Shown here piece after piece: positions 40,617-59,644 of a DNA stretch of 64,000 bases. The number at the start of each line of letters is the position of its first letter. Positions within the stretch are counted from its first letter, which is position 1. The notes under the pieces were generated by a model. That model was not told where the DNA came from, made no database searches, and worked only from the letters and a program-made list of their open reading frames with translations. This DNA comes from the human T2T-CHM13v2.0 reference genome, Homo sapiens: the NCBI RefSeq assembly GCF_009914755.1, contig NC_060934.1; one strand, written 5' to 3'. Position numbers and translations under genes: made by a program.

Positions 40617-42416
40617 TGACCCTCTGGCAGAGGACATTCCTGGCCTCTCGGTGACACTAGTGGAGTGGTTGCTGACTTGTTCTTTCTAAACTGTTGGGTT
40701 CCTTCAGGCAACCCCAGTAGGGCCATGCTAGCATCTAGAGACAGTTCTGTTCTAAAACCACGGGAAAGAACTGGGAGTATATCATTCTTGCCTTTGAGCT
40801 AATATCTGAGTGGCACAAAAACAAAATGGTGTAACTCTTAGGGGCTGGTTGCCAGAGGCTGTGCATGTACCCTGGGTGCCCAGGTCTAGAGGGGACACCA
40901 TGCCATTGAACCCCAGGCTGGTGGGTCACTGAGTTCCTCATTTCTGTAATGAAGTATGACGTTGTTTGTCTCTGTTGCCCCATGTGACCAAGTGCAGATG
41001 GCGACAGTACCAACGCCCAGAACTGCAAAACAGAGTACTTTTGGTGAACAAGAATTTCAAGAAACTCCACATTCTTCAGTTTCCTGTTTTCAGCCAGGGG
41101 CGAAAACCGGGGTTTGACTCGGAAAAGGAGGGAGAAGTGGGTTTGGTTGGTAGCTTCTTGCTGAACCTGCTGGGAAGGGTTGTGGGTCTTGGGAGGATTT
41201 GGGTTCTGGCCTGGGGGCAAGTGTGGCCTCACTGAAGAGCTGAGCCTTTACTGAGCACCTAGCAGGTGCCAAGGCATGAGAATTCAAAGATGCCTTAGGA
41301 CTGGCTCCTTTCCTTTTTTTGAGACAGAGTCTTGCTCTGGAGTGCAGTGGTGCGATCTCGGCTCACTATAACCTCCGCCTCCCAGGTTCAAGCGATTCTC
41401 CTGTCTTAGCCTCCTGAGTAACTGGGATTACAGATGTGCACCACGACGCCTGGCTAATTTTTGTATTTGGGGTAGAGACGGGGTTTCACCATGTTGGCCA
41501 GGCTGGTCTCAAACTCCTGACCTCAAGTGATCTGCCTGTCTCAGCCTCCCAAAGTGCTGGGATTACAGGTGTGGAGCCACCACGCCTGGCCCTGGCTCCT
41601 CTTTAGAAGAGCTAATGGTATTCTCGAGAGGAAGGCAGGCACATCGGCAGTTTTAGTACCACATGGAAAGCACCACGAAGCATGTGTGCACAGAGGAGAA
41701 TCTAGCCAAACTAGGGGATTAAGGCAGGCTTCCTGGAGGAGATACCTCTAAATTGAGTTTATCAGGTGAAGAAAGGTGCAAGGGAATTCTAGGCAAATGT
41801 TTTTTCTGCAGACTATTGAGTGCTTACTATGTGCCTGGTGCTGAAAAGCACAAAAAAGCATGGGAGGCCTAGAATGGGAGACTCTGCATGGCATGTAGAA
41901 AGCTGCGAGCAATTTATCACTGCATTCTGGGAAGTAGCAAGAGATCAAACTGGAGAGAGAAGCAGGTTGTTTTATTTTATTTTATATTATTTATTTTAAT
42001 TTTATTTTATTTTATTTTATTTTATTTTATTTTATTTTAATTTTTTGAGAGGGGGTCTTGCTCTGTCACCCAGGCTGGAGTGCAGTGGTGCAATCTTGGC
42101 TTACGGCAACCTCCGCCCCCCGGGTTGAAGTGATTCTCCTGCCTTAGCCTCCTGAGTAGCTGGAATTATAGGCGCACACCACCATGCCTGGCTAATTTTC
42201 ATATTTTTAGTAGAGATGGGGTTTTGCTATGTTGCCCAGGCTGGTCTCAAACTCCTGAGCTCAAATGATCCTTCTGCCTCAGCCTCCCGAAGTGCTGGGA
42301 TTACAAGCGTGAGCCACTGCACCTAGCAAAATATTTTAATTTAATTTGTCTTTATTGTTTTGTTGGTTGACGGTTTCCACAATGCCAGTCTTGTGTGAGC
42401 ATCTTAGCTACATTTA

Positions 42417-42839
<423 letters not shown>

Positions 42840-43706
42840 CTAATAAGTGGCAGAGCTAGGATTTGAAGCCAGGTCTAATGGCTCCAAGGCCAATGTAATA
42901 ACCAGAAGGCAGGACAGTGAAGAGCTGTAATGTAGGTACTCACAAGCCACCTGAAGAACTTGTGACTTCTTCCTCTCTCTCTTCTCTTCTCTTTTGGCCC
43001 AGGCTGGAGTGCAGTGGCACAATCTCAGCTCACTGCAGCCTCAACTTCCCAGGCTCAAGTGATCTTCCCACTTCATCCTCCCCAAGCAGGTGAGACTACA
43101 GGCGCACACCGTCATGCCCAGCTAATTTCTGTATTTTTTGTAGAGACAGGATTTTGCCATGTTGCCTAGGCTGCTCTTGAACTCCTGGGCTCAAGCGATC
43201 CACCTGCCTTGGCCTCCCAAAGTGCTGGGATTACAGGCATGAGCCTTGTAATTTCTTTTCAAAGGTGAGGGAGAACTAGAGAACAATATATTGAGCTAAG
43301 AGTAACATGGTGAAAGCTGAAACAGACACCATTTCCTCAGGAGCTACCCTATCTCCTCTTGCTCCAGGGGGCAGACCCCCCCACACCCAGCCAGGCTTCA
43401 CCTCCAAGAGCAATTCAGTGCTAAAATGGCGTCACCCCTGGGACAGGTGATGCTGCTTGCCACCAGTATTCGGACCAATGTCAACTTCCAGGGACGGTGT
43501 AACCCCTTGGAAACACTGTAAAATTCTCAGGAGTTACAGTTTGGATCTTCTTTGTCTCTTTTCCTTGAAAGAGTGTTTTTGTTCTTCCTCCAAGGTGATG
43601 AAAGTACAGCTTTCTGTGTTTGTGAGGGGAGAAGAGGATTTTTGTTTGACCTGAAATTTCTCCTCACTCTGTTTTGTTTGTTTTTGGCTTTTTTTTCTTC
43701 CTTTGA

Positions 43707-44005
<299 letters not shown>

Positions 44006-45721
44006 TAAGCCTGTTCCTCACCATAGCTTCAGATTCCCTTCATTTCATGTTTTTTCACCAAGAAGGCTCAAGAAACCCAATCCCACAGAAACTGTGACGG
44101 AACACCTGTGCTGGAGCCGTGAGTTTGTCTTTGGGTTCTCCACCCGCTGCCCGGCAGTCCATCAGCCCTGGCTCTGCGGGGACGGAGTGGGCAGGTGGCA
44201 GGCCAGGGGCTGTAGTGGGCCCTGCAGGGATGGAACGGGGAGGGTGGGTTCCCCAGGGTTCCATCCTGCGGAGGGACTCATCTGCACACACCCGCTCCCC
44301 CTCCTGACCAAACTGGTGGCTTTTGGGGAGGTTTGTATAAAACCCTGAGAAGGACTCATTTCGTGGGTTTGGATATAGACAACGACGAGAAACCCAATAT
44401 TTATCAAGGCACTAAATGTATTTCATAGGTTCACATTTCATCCTCACAGTAACGCTATGACACAAACATCCCAGTTCCCTACCACCCGCCCCCGCCATAT
44501 TACAGATGGGAAAACCAAGGCTTAAGGCCACCTAAGGTGTCCATGGCCACGCAGTCTGTAAATGACAACACTGGGAGGATTTGTCTCTGCAACCTGACTT
44601 CGAGTCATTTGCATTCCCGTCTGTGTGGGACTCTCCTGCCCACACACTCTTTTCTGCCTCTCATCCTCACCAGAGCCTCGGAAGATGGGCAGCGCAGGTG
44701 TTAGGTTCCCCCACATTATCCATGGGGAAATTGAGGCTCAGGAAGTTAGTGATGGGCCTAAGATCCAGGGTCAGGAAACGGGAGCTGGGGCAGAGCACCG
44801 GGGTGGTCTGGGTCCAATTTATCCGTTGCGCTTCCCACCCCACTGCACGGCCTCTGTGACTGGATCCCCACCCTCCAGAGAAGGGCGCTAACATCTACGA
44901 GTGTGACTGCAGAGAGGGCTCCTCATTTGCCTCAGGTTTTGTGGCCACCAGAGGCTGATAGAACATTCACTCACTCTCACCCTCCCACAATAGGGAAGGA
45001 TTTCCCTCCTGTCAACAAGGAGACTCAGGGGAACTGCTTTTCTTTCTCTTTTTTCTTTTTTTTTTTTTTGAGACAAGTTCTTGCTATGTCACCCAGGCTG
45101 GAGCGCAGTGGCGCACTCACTGCCAGCCTTGACCTCCTGGGTTCAATGTGATCCTCCCACTTCAGCCTCCCAAGTAACTGGGACCAGCTGGGACCACAGG
45201 TATGTGCCACTACACCTGGCTAATTTTTTGTATTTTTTTGTAGTGATGGGGTTTTACCATGTTGCCCAGCTGGTCTGGAACTCCAGAGCTCAAGAGATCC
45301 ACCCACCTTGACTTCCCAAAGTGGTGGGATTACAAAGTGCTGGTGTGGTGAGCCACTGTCCCCAGCCCAGGAACTCCTTTTCGTTTTTTGTTTGTCTGTT
45401 TTGAGACGGAGTCTTGTTCTGTCGCACAGGCTGGAGTGCAGTGGCACAATCTCGGCTCACTGCAACCTCCACCTAGTTCTAGTGATTCTCCTGCCTCAGC
45501 CTCCCGAGTAGCTGGGACTACAGGTGCACGCCACCACACCCCGCTAATTTTTGTATTTTTAGTAGAGACGGGGTTTCACCAAGTTGGCCAGGCTGGTCTC
45601 AAACTCCTGACCTCAGGTGATCCACCTGCCTCGGCCTCCCAAAGTGCTGAGATTACAGGCATGAGCCACTTCGCCCAGCCAGGAACTGCTTTTCTTTAAG
45701 ACAAGCGTGGCCCATTTCTCC

Positions 45722-46184
45722 TGGGAGGGTTGGCTCTTAATAGCTCACTAGAACTGATTTTTAAATTTTCAGGAATTTTATGAGCTGTTTATATGAAACA
45801 GCCAATTTAAAAAACTTAAACCTACAATTGAGTTATATTAAAAACAAAGGTAATAGATACTCAAAACTGATCATTTCCTAGTTATTTTACTACATGTTAC
45901 TGTTATCTGTGCCCTTGAGGTTATTTACATTTACCTATCAGTATGGTGGAAATACTACATAATGGCATTTACTATGTAATAATAACAACGGTAAAGAACA
46001 TATAATGCTACTATGTGTCTCTTTCCAACCCTGTTTACTGGCATCACATTGGTAGTTTAAAATTGGTCACGTTGGGAGTATCTACACCACAGTAATCAGC
46101 AAACATTACAAATCAAGGCTATTCCGCACACCCCCGCCCCTCCCAGACCTGGTTGTTAAACATTTATTTATCATCACATCACTG
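45722..46184 (+). mobile_element. MER63-like hAT DNA transposon fossil
   Basis: aaattttcaggaatttt, aaaaacaaaggtaat-gatactcaaaact and terminal ggttgttaaacattta...cactg resemble the MER63 consensus as recalled. Confidence 0.7.
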
Positions 46185-46346
46185 GTTAAGGACAGTCTGA
46201 GGCTCAGACGGTTAACTGTGGGGTCTTGGCAAAGACCTTCCAGTTTTGTCAAAGATCTGGGCTTCCTTCTGCATAAGGAGATAGAATTTATTTACTATCA
46301 TTGGGCCAATTAACCAAGTGATTTAGAGCATTTGATTCAGTCCTCT

Positions 46347-46800
46347 TGAGGTAGGAGGCGGGGCTCGGACATGGAACCAAATTAAGGACTAGCTAAAACA
46401 GGTAGGGGGGCAGAAGCAGCTTTCCATGACATGCCTGCCAGTGTGCCATGTCAGTTTACCATTGCCATGGCAAAACCTAGGAGTTACCATCCCTTTTCGT
46501 GGCAACGACCTGATGACCTGGAAGTTACTACCCTCATCCTGGAAATCTCTGCATAATCCACCCCTTAATTTGCATATAATTAAAAGTAGATGTCCATATG
46601 AGTGCAGCCCTGCCCCTGCGTTGCTCTTCTGGGCACACTGCCTCTGGGTAGCCCTGCTCCACAAGGAGCAGTACCTCTGCTGCTCTGTGCACTGCGGCTT
46701 GCTGGCTACCACCACTGCTGCTTGCTGGAATTCTTTCTGGGTGAAGCCATGAACCCTCCTGGGCTAAGCCCCAATTTTAGGGCTTGCCTGTCCTGCATCA
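46347..46800 (+). mobile_element. Solo ERV1-class LTR (MER41/MER83-like; subfamily uncertain)
   Basis: TG...CA termini (TGAGGTAGGAGGCGGGGCTC ... GCCTGTCCTGCATCA), 454 bp, perfect 4-bp TSD CTCT at 46343-46346 and 46801-46804. Confidence 0.85.
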
Positions 46801-47938
46801 CTCTTGTTTGTCTACCCTTCTATTTGTCAGGTGCTGATATGCAGGATAAAGAACATGAGAAGGCTCAGTCTTGAACTCCAGAGGTACAGGAGGTGGACAG
46901 TGTCTGTGGGGGGCCCCACCCATTTCAAGTCCAGGCAGATGCTCAGATGCCAAGGTTCAGTTTAGGTTCAGTACCAAGGAACAGAAGCTGAGTGCTGAAG
47001 AGGGATGGTCATGGTGGACTCAGGAGTCATAAAAAATGTGTCTGAGCCTCAAGGCAGGTGGGTTTAGATCAGTGGTGAAAAGGCCTTCCAGACGGGAGAG
47101 CACAGTTTGGGCAGGAGTCAAAGTTCATAAAGTCATTTTCTAAAAGGTCACTCCGCTTGCCTGAAAGGTACTCTCCCGGCCAAATATCCCAAGAGCCCTT
47201 CTGCATGACCACAGGGGACAGGTGGGAAAGCATGGCTGGCTCCCCACCATGCACCATTGAAATCTTGAGTTCTGGTCCCAGCCCTGCTGCTACGTAGCTG
47301 TGTGATCTGGGGCAAGTCATACCCTATACCCAGCCCACACAATGGCCCTCAGTTTCCTTCAAAATGAAGGTTTAGACAGGACACAGTGGCTCACATCTGT
47401 AATCCTAGAATTTTGGGAGGCCAAGGCAGAAGGATCACTAGGGGCCATGAGTTTGAGACCAGCCTGGGCAACATAATAAGATCCCCATCTCTTCAAAAAA
47501 CTTAAAAATTAGCCAGAGTGGTGGCACACACCTGTAGTCCCAGCTACCCAGGAAGCTGAGGCAGGAAGCTCTCTTGAGCCCAGGTGTTCCAGACTGCGGT
47601 GAGCCATGATTGCACCACTGCACTCCAGCCTGGGTGACAGAGTGAGACCCTGTCTCAAAAAAAAAATGAAGTCCGTAGGAGAGCTTGTGGGCAGCTGACC
47701 CCAGCCCCCATCACAAGCAGCCTGGGAGAGATGCTGACACCACAGTGAGCCCAAGGGAAAGGCTATACTGGAGTTTGTCCCTTCCCTCTCCCGGTTCCTC
47801 TGCCCCCATCAGCTGGGTGCTGGATCGAGTCAAGCTATCCTCAGCTCAAAGCAGAGGGGAATAAGATTGGCTGGAGGAAAGTTAAGTATTTCAGATTTGC
47901 TCAGAATTTGAAAGGCTTTTTTTTTTTTTTTTTTTTGA

Positions 47939-48049
<111 letters not shown>

Positions 48050-48869
48050 TGAGTAGCTGGAACTAGAGGTGTGCGCCAACATGCCCAGCTAGAGACGAGG
48101 TTTCACCATGTTGGCCAGGCTGGTCTCAGATTCCTGAGCTCAAGCGTTGTGCCCACCTTGGCCTCCCATAGTGTTGGGATTACAGGTGTGAGCCACTGTG
48201 CTTGGCCTGAAAGGCATTTTGTAGACTAGTGATGAAGAGATAAGCAATTAGCAGAAGATCTGTGTCCTCTGTGGAAGTGGTGGGTGGGTTTAACTGGGAT
48301 GGAAAACATCGCAAGTTTGCAAGAATCTCACACAATGTCACTTGAGGACTCGGGGGGGGTGCGCAGCAGTGTGTACAAGATTCACCTGGATAGCCTGTAA
48401 AATGCAGATTTCCAGGCCCTGCTCCCAGAGTGTACTCAATGCATGAAAGATAGGGACCAGAGTCTGTGTTCTTAAGTAAGTTTCTCAGATGAGTCTGGCT
48501 CAAGGGGTCTGTGAGCCACACTTTGACAGATACTGACCTGGTGCATATTACATCTATCTATATCTGTTTGTCTGTCTATAGGTTCCCATATATCTTCATC
48601 TCTTTCTCTCTCTCACTCTGCCCCCCAACACACATATGCACTCTTTCATTCTCCAACTATTGAACCAGAACATTGAATGGCAGGAAAGTGAAATACTAAT
48701 CCTTCTTCTTCTTTCTTTCTTTTTCTTTAGAGATTGGGTCTTGCTCTAGGATGCAGTGCAGTGGCACGATCTCAGATCACTGCAGCCTCGGCCTCCTGGG
48801 GTCCAGCAATCCTCCCACCTCAGCCTCCTGAGTAGCTGAGACTACAGGTATGCCACCATGCCTGGGTAA

Positions 48870-49073
<204 letters not shown>

Positions 49074-49736
49074 TAGCCAGGATGGTCTCGATCTCCTGAT
49101 CTTGTGATCTGCCTGCCTCGGCCTCCCAAAGTGCTGAGATTACAGGCATGAGCCACCGCGCCCGGCCAATTTTTTTTTAAGTGTTGTAGAAACAGGGCCT
49201 CACTCTGTTGCCCAGGCTGCTCTCGAACTCCTGGGCTCAAGGGATCCTCCTGCCTAGGCCCCCCAAAGTGCTGGAATTCCAGGCATAAGCCACCACACTT
49301 GGCCTCCTGCAGGCTCTTTAGCAAAGTCCCAGGGTAAATGGCAGATGAAGGCCAAGACCGAGTTAGGGAATAGTAGGGAACGGTCCACTGCCACCTGATT
49401 AACAAAGCTCTTTATAAGGAAGAAGGTAGTGTCGTAACTGAAAACCTTGTCTTGCTCCCTATAGGGACGTCTTCTCTCTAAGACTTAGCTAGGCAGGGTA
49501 TCAGCCATGCTCTGCTGACGTCCTTCTGTCTAGTCAGAGGGGAAGGACTGGGTTGTTGATGACCTGACCCTGGTCTGGCTGGCACCAGGGAGCTGGGGAT
49601 GGGGCCTCTCTCTAGGCTAAAAGGGTCAGTTTCTTCCGGGATGTCTCAGGACATTCATTTGCAGACTGGCCAATGACCAAGGTTTAAATATACCAGTTTC
49701 CAGATATAAAGGAGTCAGGGCTTCATTTTCTAGTGA

Positions 49737-49952
<216 letters not shown>

Positions 49953-50286
49953 TAGCCAGGACAGTCTCGATCTCCTGACCTCGTGATCTGCCCGCCTCGG
50001 CCTCCCAAAGTGCTGGGATTACAGGCGTGAGCCACTGCACCCAGCCCTAGTGAGGAAGCTTTTACAGACTTCCTGGGGTTTTTGAGTGGGGAGAAGGAGG
50101 TGGAACCCAGGCACTGCTGCAGAAGACAGCTGTAGAAGCCCTTACCTGGCAGTGTTTACCCCAGGGAAGGGTGAGGAAAGGGGGACACACCAGTCTTGGT
50201 CTTTGCAGACCAAGACAGAGGGATGGCAACGGCAGGTCCAGTCTGTGGGTCACATACACTCCCCCAAGGTCGAACCTGTGAGGTAA

Positions 50287-50562
<276 letters not shown>

Positions 50563-50938
50563 TAGTCTAGAACTCCACACCTCAGGCGATCCACCCATCT
50601 CGGACTCCCAAAGTGCTGGAATTACAGGCACGAGCCACCACGCCCGGCCTGCCCTACTTTCAAAATATAAACTCAGGCCAGGCTCGGTGGCTCACACCTG
50701 TAGTCCTGGCACTTTGGGAGGCTGAGGTGGGATCACTTGAGGTCAGGAGTTCGAGACCAGCCTGGCCAACATGGCGAAACCCCATCTCTGGTAAAAATAA
50801 AAAAATTATCCAGGCGCCTGTAATTCCAGCTACTTGGGAGACTGAGGCAGCAGAATCGCTCAAGGGAGGTGGAGGTTGTAGTGAGCTGAGATTGTGCCAT
50901 TGCAGTCCAGCCTGTGTGAAAGAGCAAGAGTCTGTCTC

Positions 50939-50941
<3 letters not shown>

Positions 50942-50994
<53 letters not shown>
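50942..50994. repeat. (AC)n microsatellite replacing an Alu tail
   Basis: About 26 uninterrupted AC units after gtctcaa. Confidence 0.95.
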
Positions 50995-50998
<4 letters not shown>

Positions 50999-51009
50999 AA
51001 CAGAAAACA

Positions 51010-52300
<1,291 letters not shown>

Positions 52301-52335
52301 AACTACTCAGGGACCTTATGGAAAAAAAAAAACTG

Positions 52336-52341
52336 TTTATG
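52336..52341 (-). terminator. Probable non-canonical polyadenylation signal CATAAA of CYP17A1
   Basis: Only PAS-like hexamer seen on the - strand shortly after the stop (about 150 nt), followed by a T run and U-rich sequence. Confidence 0.55.
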
Positions 52342-52486
52342 CACATCACTGGCATTGCCACAAGCTGAAAAAGAAGGCAGAGTGGGTTGGGAGTAGGGAA
52401 GAATGGCGGAGAAGGGTGGGGGGTTGTATCTCTAAATCTGTGTTGTGGGGCCACATAGGGTGGACAGGGGCTGTGAGTTACAGCCT

Positions 52487-52789
<303 letters not shown>

Positions 52790-53164
52790 TCAGCCAGGGG
52801 TTAGGGCAGGAGGGAGGAGAGGCATGGTTCTGCCCTGGTTGAGGGGGAGACATGGCCCTGCCCAGGGAACCCTGATCTGAGGATGTAGCCTTATTATGGG
52901 GGAACCCCCGCCTGGGGAGAGATACAGCCCTGCTTTCAGGTAGCCCTTAACGACACAGAGGAAATGAAATATTCAGGAAGGATGGAAAAGAGGTGGAATT
53001 AACCTATGAAAATAGCACCATCCGAGGGGAGAAGGGACAGACTTAATGGCAGACAGAGGCGTAGAGGGCTTCTTGGAGGGTGAATTTGCAGTTGGTTGGA
53101 AGAAGAGCGTGGGAAACCCAGCTGTGAAGAGTTTGGGTAAGTCTATGGCAGGATGAGGGTGTCA

Positions 53165-53452
<288 letters not shown>

Positions 53453-54270
53453 TCAGCCTCATGCCCCCTCATTCTTCCGCCGTGAGGAAAATGCCCTTTA
53501 CTCCCTCATTCCCACTCACTCATGTTTTCCTCAGCTTCTGCCAGATCAAACCTAAATCCAGCCCTTCTCCATCCCTTCCCTCCTAACAGGCGCTTCTGTC
53601 TGAACACCTGTGTCTGTGGACTTTGGTGTCTGGCAGTGTATGTGGGTGTGCGTTTGGAGCTGCAGCGCATGTTATGTGCGTGCTGCAGCTGGTTGGAACA
53701 TGGAGCTCCCAGCCTTTCATCCCAGACCACATGTCTCTGAGGGCAGCAGGAAGCTCCTCTGGGAAGTCAGGCAGATCTGTGGATGAGTCAATGCGTGTCT
53801 GTAGGTGGTAGAGACATGGAGCCACGGGGCTGGGGGCAGGATGATTTTTATATTTAATTAATTAATTATTTATTTTGAGACAGAGTCCCGCTCTGTCACC
53901 CAGGCTGGAGTGCAGTGGTGCAATCTTGGCTCACTGCAACCTCCGCCGCCTTGGTTCAAGTGATTCTCCTGCCTCAGCCTCCTGAGTAGCTGGGACTACA
54001 GGCACGCGCCACGATGCATGGCTAATTTTTGTATTTTTAGTAGAGACGGGGTTTCACCATATTGGTCAGGCTGGTCTTGAACCCCTGACCTCATGATCCA
54101 CCCGCCTCGACCTCCCAAAGTGTTGGGATGACAGGTGTGAGCCACCGTGCCCAGCCGGCAGGATGATTTTTAGTAGTTGATGGTTGACTGACTTTAGGTT
54201 GGCCAGCAGGGGCCGGGGGTAGGGGGAGCCAGGTGGGCTGGCAAGCAGTGTTGAATGCATCATGGGGCTA

Positions 54271-54492
<222 letters not shown>

Positions 54493-54648
54493 CTAGTGTG
54501 TGTAAGCCCAGGAGAAGCAAGGGCTTAGAGAAGAATCCAACTGTGACATCGAGAAGAGCCTGTCCAGTCCCTTCCCAGTAGTGGCTCTGGGGCCCAGGCC
54601 CGGCTTCCAGAAGATGGGGCAGCTCTACTCTGGGGTCAAAGCCAACTA

Positions 54649-55071
<423 letters not shown>

Positions 55072-55197
55072 CTAGAGATAACAAGGCTCCTTCCACTTGG
55101 AAGTAGAGCAAGTCTGGGCAGGACCTACGAACTTGTGGAGGTAGGAGGCAGCCCCGGGCCCTCTTTAAATTTGGTGGAGAGGTTAGGTCTCTTCTAG

Positions 55198-55419
<222 letters not shown>

Positions 55420-55820
55420 TAGTAGAGACAGAGTTTCTCCATGTTGGTCAGGCTGGTCTCGAACTCCCAACCTCAGGTGATCTGCCCACCTTGGCCTCCC
55501 AAAATGTTGGGATTACAGGTGTGAGCCATCTTGCCTGGCCTAGTTTTTGTATTTTTAGTACAGACGGGGTTTCACCATATTGGCCAGGCTCATCTCGAAC
55601 TCCTGACCTCAATTGATCTGCCCACCTCGGCCTCCCAAAGTGTTGGGATTACAGGCGTGAGCCACCGCGCCCAGCCCTTAAGTCAGTTTTTATTGTACAC
55701 CTACTATGTGCCAGGTTCTCTGCTTGGTTTTGAAGCTTCTACAGTGTGTAGAATGGACTCCACCCTGCTCTTGTGATTACTTTTAGCCTAACTCATATTC
55801 TCTTCTGCTCTATCACCTAC

Positions 55821-55907
55821 CTTGTAATTTTCAAGTATTTTATTCAGCAGATCATTTCGTATTTTAACATGGCTCTTTAATTTTTCCAGGGTTTTGTTGG
55901 GGAAAAT
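55821..55907 (-). CDS. CYP17A1: CYP17A1 exon 4
   Basis: AG/GT bounded, 87 nt; [29 protein letters not shown]. Confidence 0.97.
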
Positions 55908-56461
55908 CTGGGAAATAAAAAGAAATGTTAAATCCACCCTTCTTCCATTTTGCTTCTCCAGCTGCCAGAGTCTCTCCTGGAGGCGGATCTTAGCTTTCTG
56001 TCTCTGGAAGTTCCTACTCCACCCCTGACCTTCAGCCAGAATGGAAGGCAAGATGGGGACACAGAACGGGTTTATCATGACGACGAAGACAATTCTAAAC
56101 AAGGGAGGAGGGCGTGGTCTCCACCTCTCCTTCCCCATTCAATCAAACATCAAGCGCTGACTCTGCTATGTGTCCAGCCCTTAGGAGTGAGAGAGACATG
56201 AGCCTGAAGGCTCAGACAAGCTCCTTAACCCCGCTAAGCCTGCTTCTCACCTGCACAATGGGGATAATAAAACCTACTTCCAAGGGGAATTCAGCGATGA
56301 ATGCGTATAGAATGCTTAGTACTGGCACATGGTAATTGGAAAAGAAATGAAGGTCATTATCTGGAGTACTAAGGTGCATAATTAAAAGGCTAAATCTATC
56401 TCTGCAGAGAAATGGCAAAGGTTTTAAGTGGCAGAGGAGGTAGAGGTGGCGGAGGTAATCA

Positions 56462-57207
<746 letters not shown>

Positions 57208-58720
57208 TCACACCATCCACCCCACTCTTGCCCTTACACCTCTGGTCCCTGCTTTCCTTCCTGGAGGAGAAGGCAGGTACCTGGCATGCTGACTCCCATG
57301 TGGGCACAGCCCCACTGCACTCCACCATGACTGCAAGGACTTGGTAGGACAGACCCTAAGGCCTCCTACTCCCAATTCCTTCAGAAATACAGTAGATCAA
57401 GGAGAAAGAAAGAACCCTTAATTAGAATGCAGCAGCATTGGGGTTCTTTTCGCTGACAGGGTGCCCTCTGGGCTTCTTTTTGCTCATCAGTTTCTGACCA
57501 CAGGAAGGCAACTCTGGATGGGATAAACTCTCTAAACTATGCCTGTCCAGAGGGTAGGGAGCAGGTGAGCTTGTAGAGGCTGAGGACTGCACAGATCTCT
57601 GCTTTTCCCTGAGCCCTTAGCTGAGCTAAAGGCACAGCTCACCTCACTCAGGTTTACCCTTCCATTGCAAGCCTGCATACCCAGCCACAAGCCCACATTT
57701 GGAGAGTGCAGATGTTTTGTCTACCCAGTCTGGACTTGGGCCGAGCCGCCTCCTCCTAGAGGTGCCCCCCAAAGCAAAAGGGTCCAAAGCCTCCCTTTTC
57801 CATTTCCTGACCCTGAAGATCCACATGACTAGCCTTCTCCATCTTCTCTGCCCCCGGGAGGAAGCCAGCAGAGGTGGGAGCTAGGTAGTTGGTCAGCAGA
57901 CCTGGCTGATTGGTCCAAGAAAAAATAAACCAACCCTTGGCTTGATCAAAGCTGAGAGGCTGGCAGGGCACAGTGGCTTACGCCTATAATCCTAGCACTT
58001 TGGGAGGCTAAGGTGGGAGGATCACGAGGTCAGGAGATCGAGACCATCCTGGCTAACATGGTGAAACACCATCTCTACTAAAAATACAAAAAATTAGCGG
58101 GCATGGTGGCATGCTCCTGTAGTCCCAGGTACTCAGGAGGCTGAGGCAGGAGAATCACTTGAACCCGGGAGGCAGAGGTTGCAGTGAGCTGAGATTGGCC
58201 ACTGCACTCCAGGCTGGGCGACAGAGAGAGACTCTGTCTCAAAAAAAAAAAAAAAAAAAAAAAATGCTGAGAGGCTGGGGGCCCTGCTGAGTGGGAGGCT
58301 CATCAGCAACCCTGAAATGTCATTGTAGAAAACTGCCCCTGTGAGCCTGAGTAGCTGGAAATAGCACCAGGAAAGCAGCAATCCCAGCCTGCAATAGCTA
58401 GGCTAATTCTCCCCAGCAGCTTTCATGGAGGACAGTAGTCACTGCCCCCATTTTCCATGAAAAGTAACATGAATCCTGGCTGTATAAGGGGCACTTACTG
58501 TGCTGGGTGCTAGGCTAAGTGCTGTACATGCACCTTCTCAGTCCATTAGAGAAGTCTAGGCTCAGAGAGAGGAGTGGAGTGAGGATTCCTTGACCCCTCA
58601 GACCACTGTGGTCCTCCCATCCCACCTCCTGGGCAGCCTGGTAGAGGAGACATTCCTTTAATTCTTCCTGCCTAATTTAGAGGCTGGGTGGGGGTCTGAA
58701 GGTTCACTCCCTTCACATCA

Positions 58721-59280
<560 letters not shown>

Positions 59281-59589
59281 AAGATTCTCCTGGAGCCCAG
59301 CCAGGCCTGAGCTCATATCCAGAAGGGAGAGAGGCGGTGGGAGTGAAGGCCTCCTCAAGGGCTGGCTCAACTCCAGGGCAAACCTCCGGAGGAGGAGCTA
59401 GGTAAGGGAGGTCAGTTGATCACCCTCTGAGGAGCTCCCCATGCTTGAATGACTCCAGAGTGCGAATGGTATCTGGGCTCAGGAGTCAAGGCTTGGAACT
59501 TTCCATGCTGCAAAATCAAAATCACTGGACAGATGACAGATTCAGGAGGGTCACAAGTAGCAGGGACTGTTAAAGGTCTTTTATGCTTC

Positions 59590-59644
59590 TTTTTTTTTTT
59601 TTCAGAGTCTTGCTCCATCACCAGGCTGGTGTGCAGTGGTGTGA
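59590..59644 (-). mobile_element. Severely 5'-truncated Alu 3' end with poly(A)
   Basis: tcacaccactgcacaccagcctggtgatggagcaagactctg plus an A run on the - strand. Confidence 0.8.
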
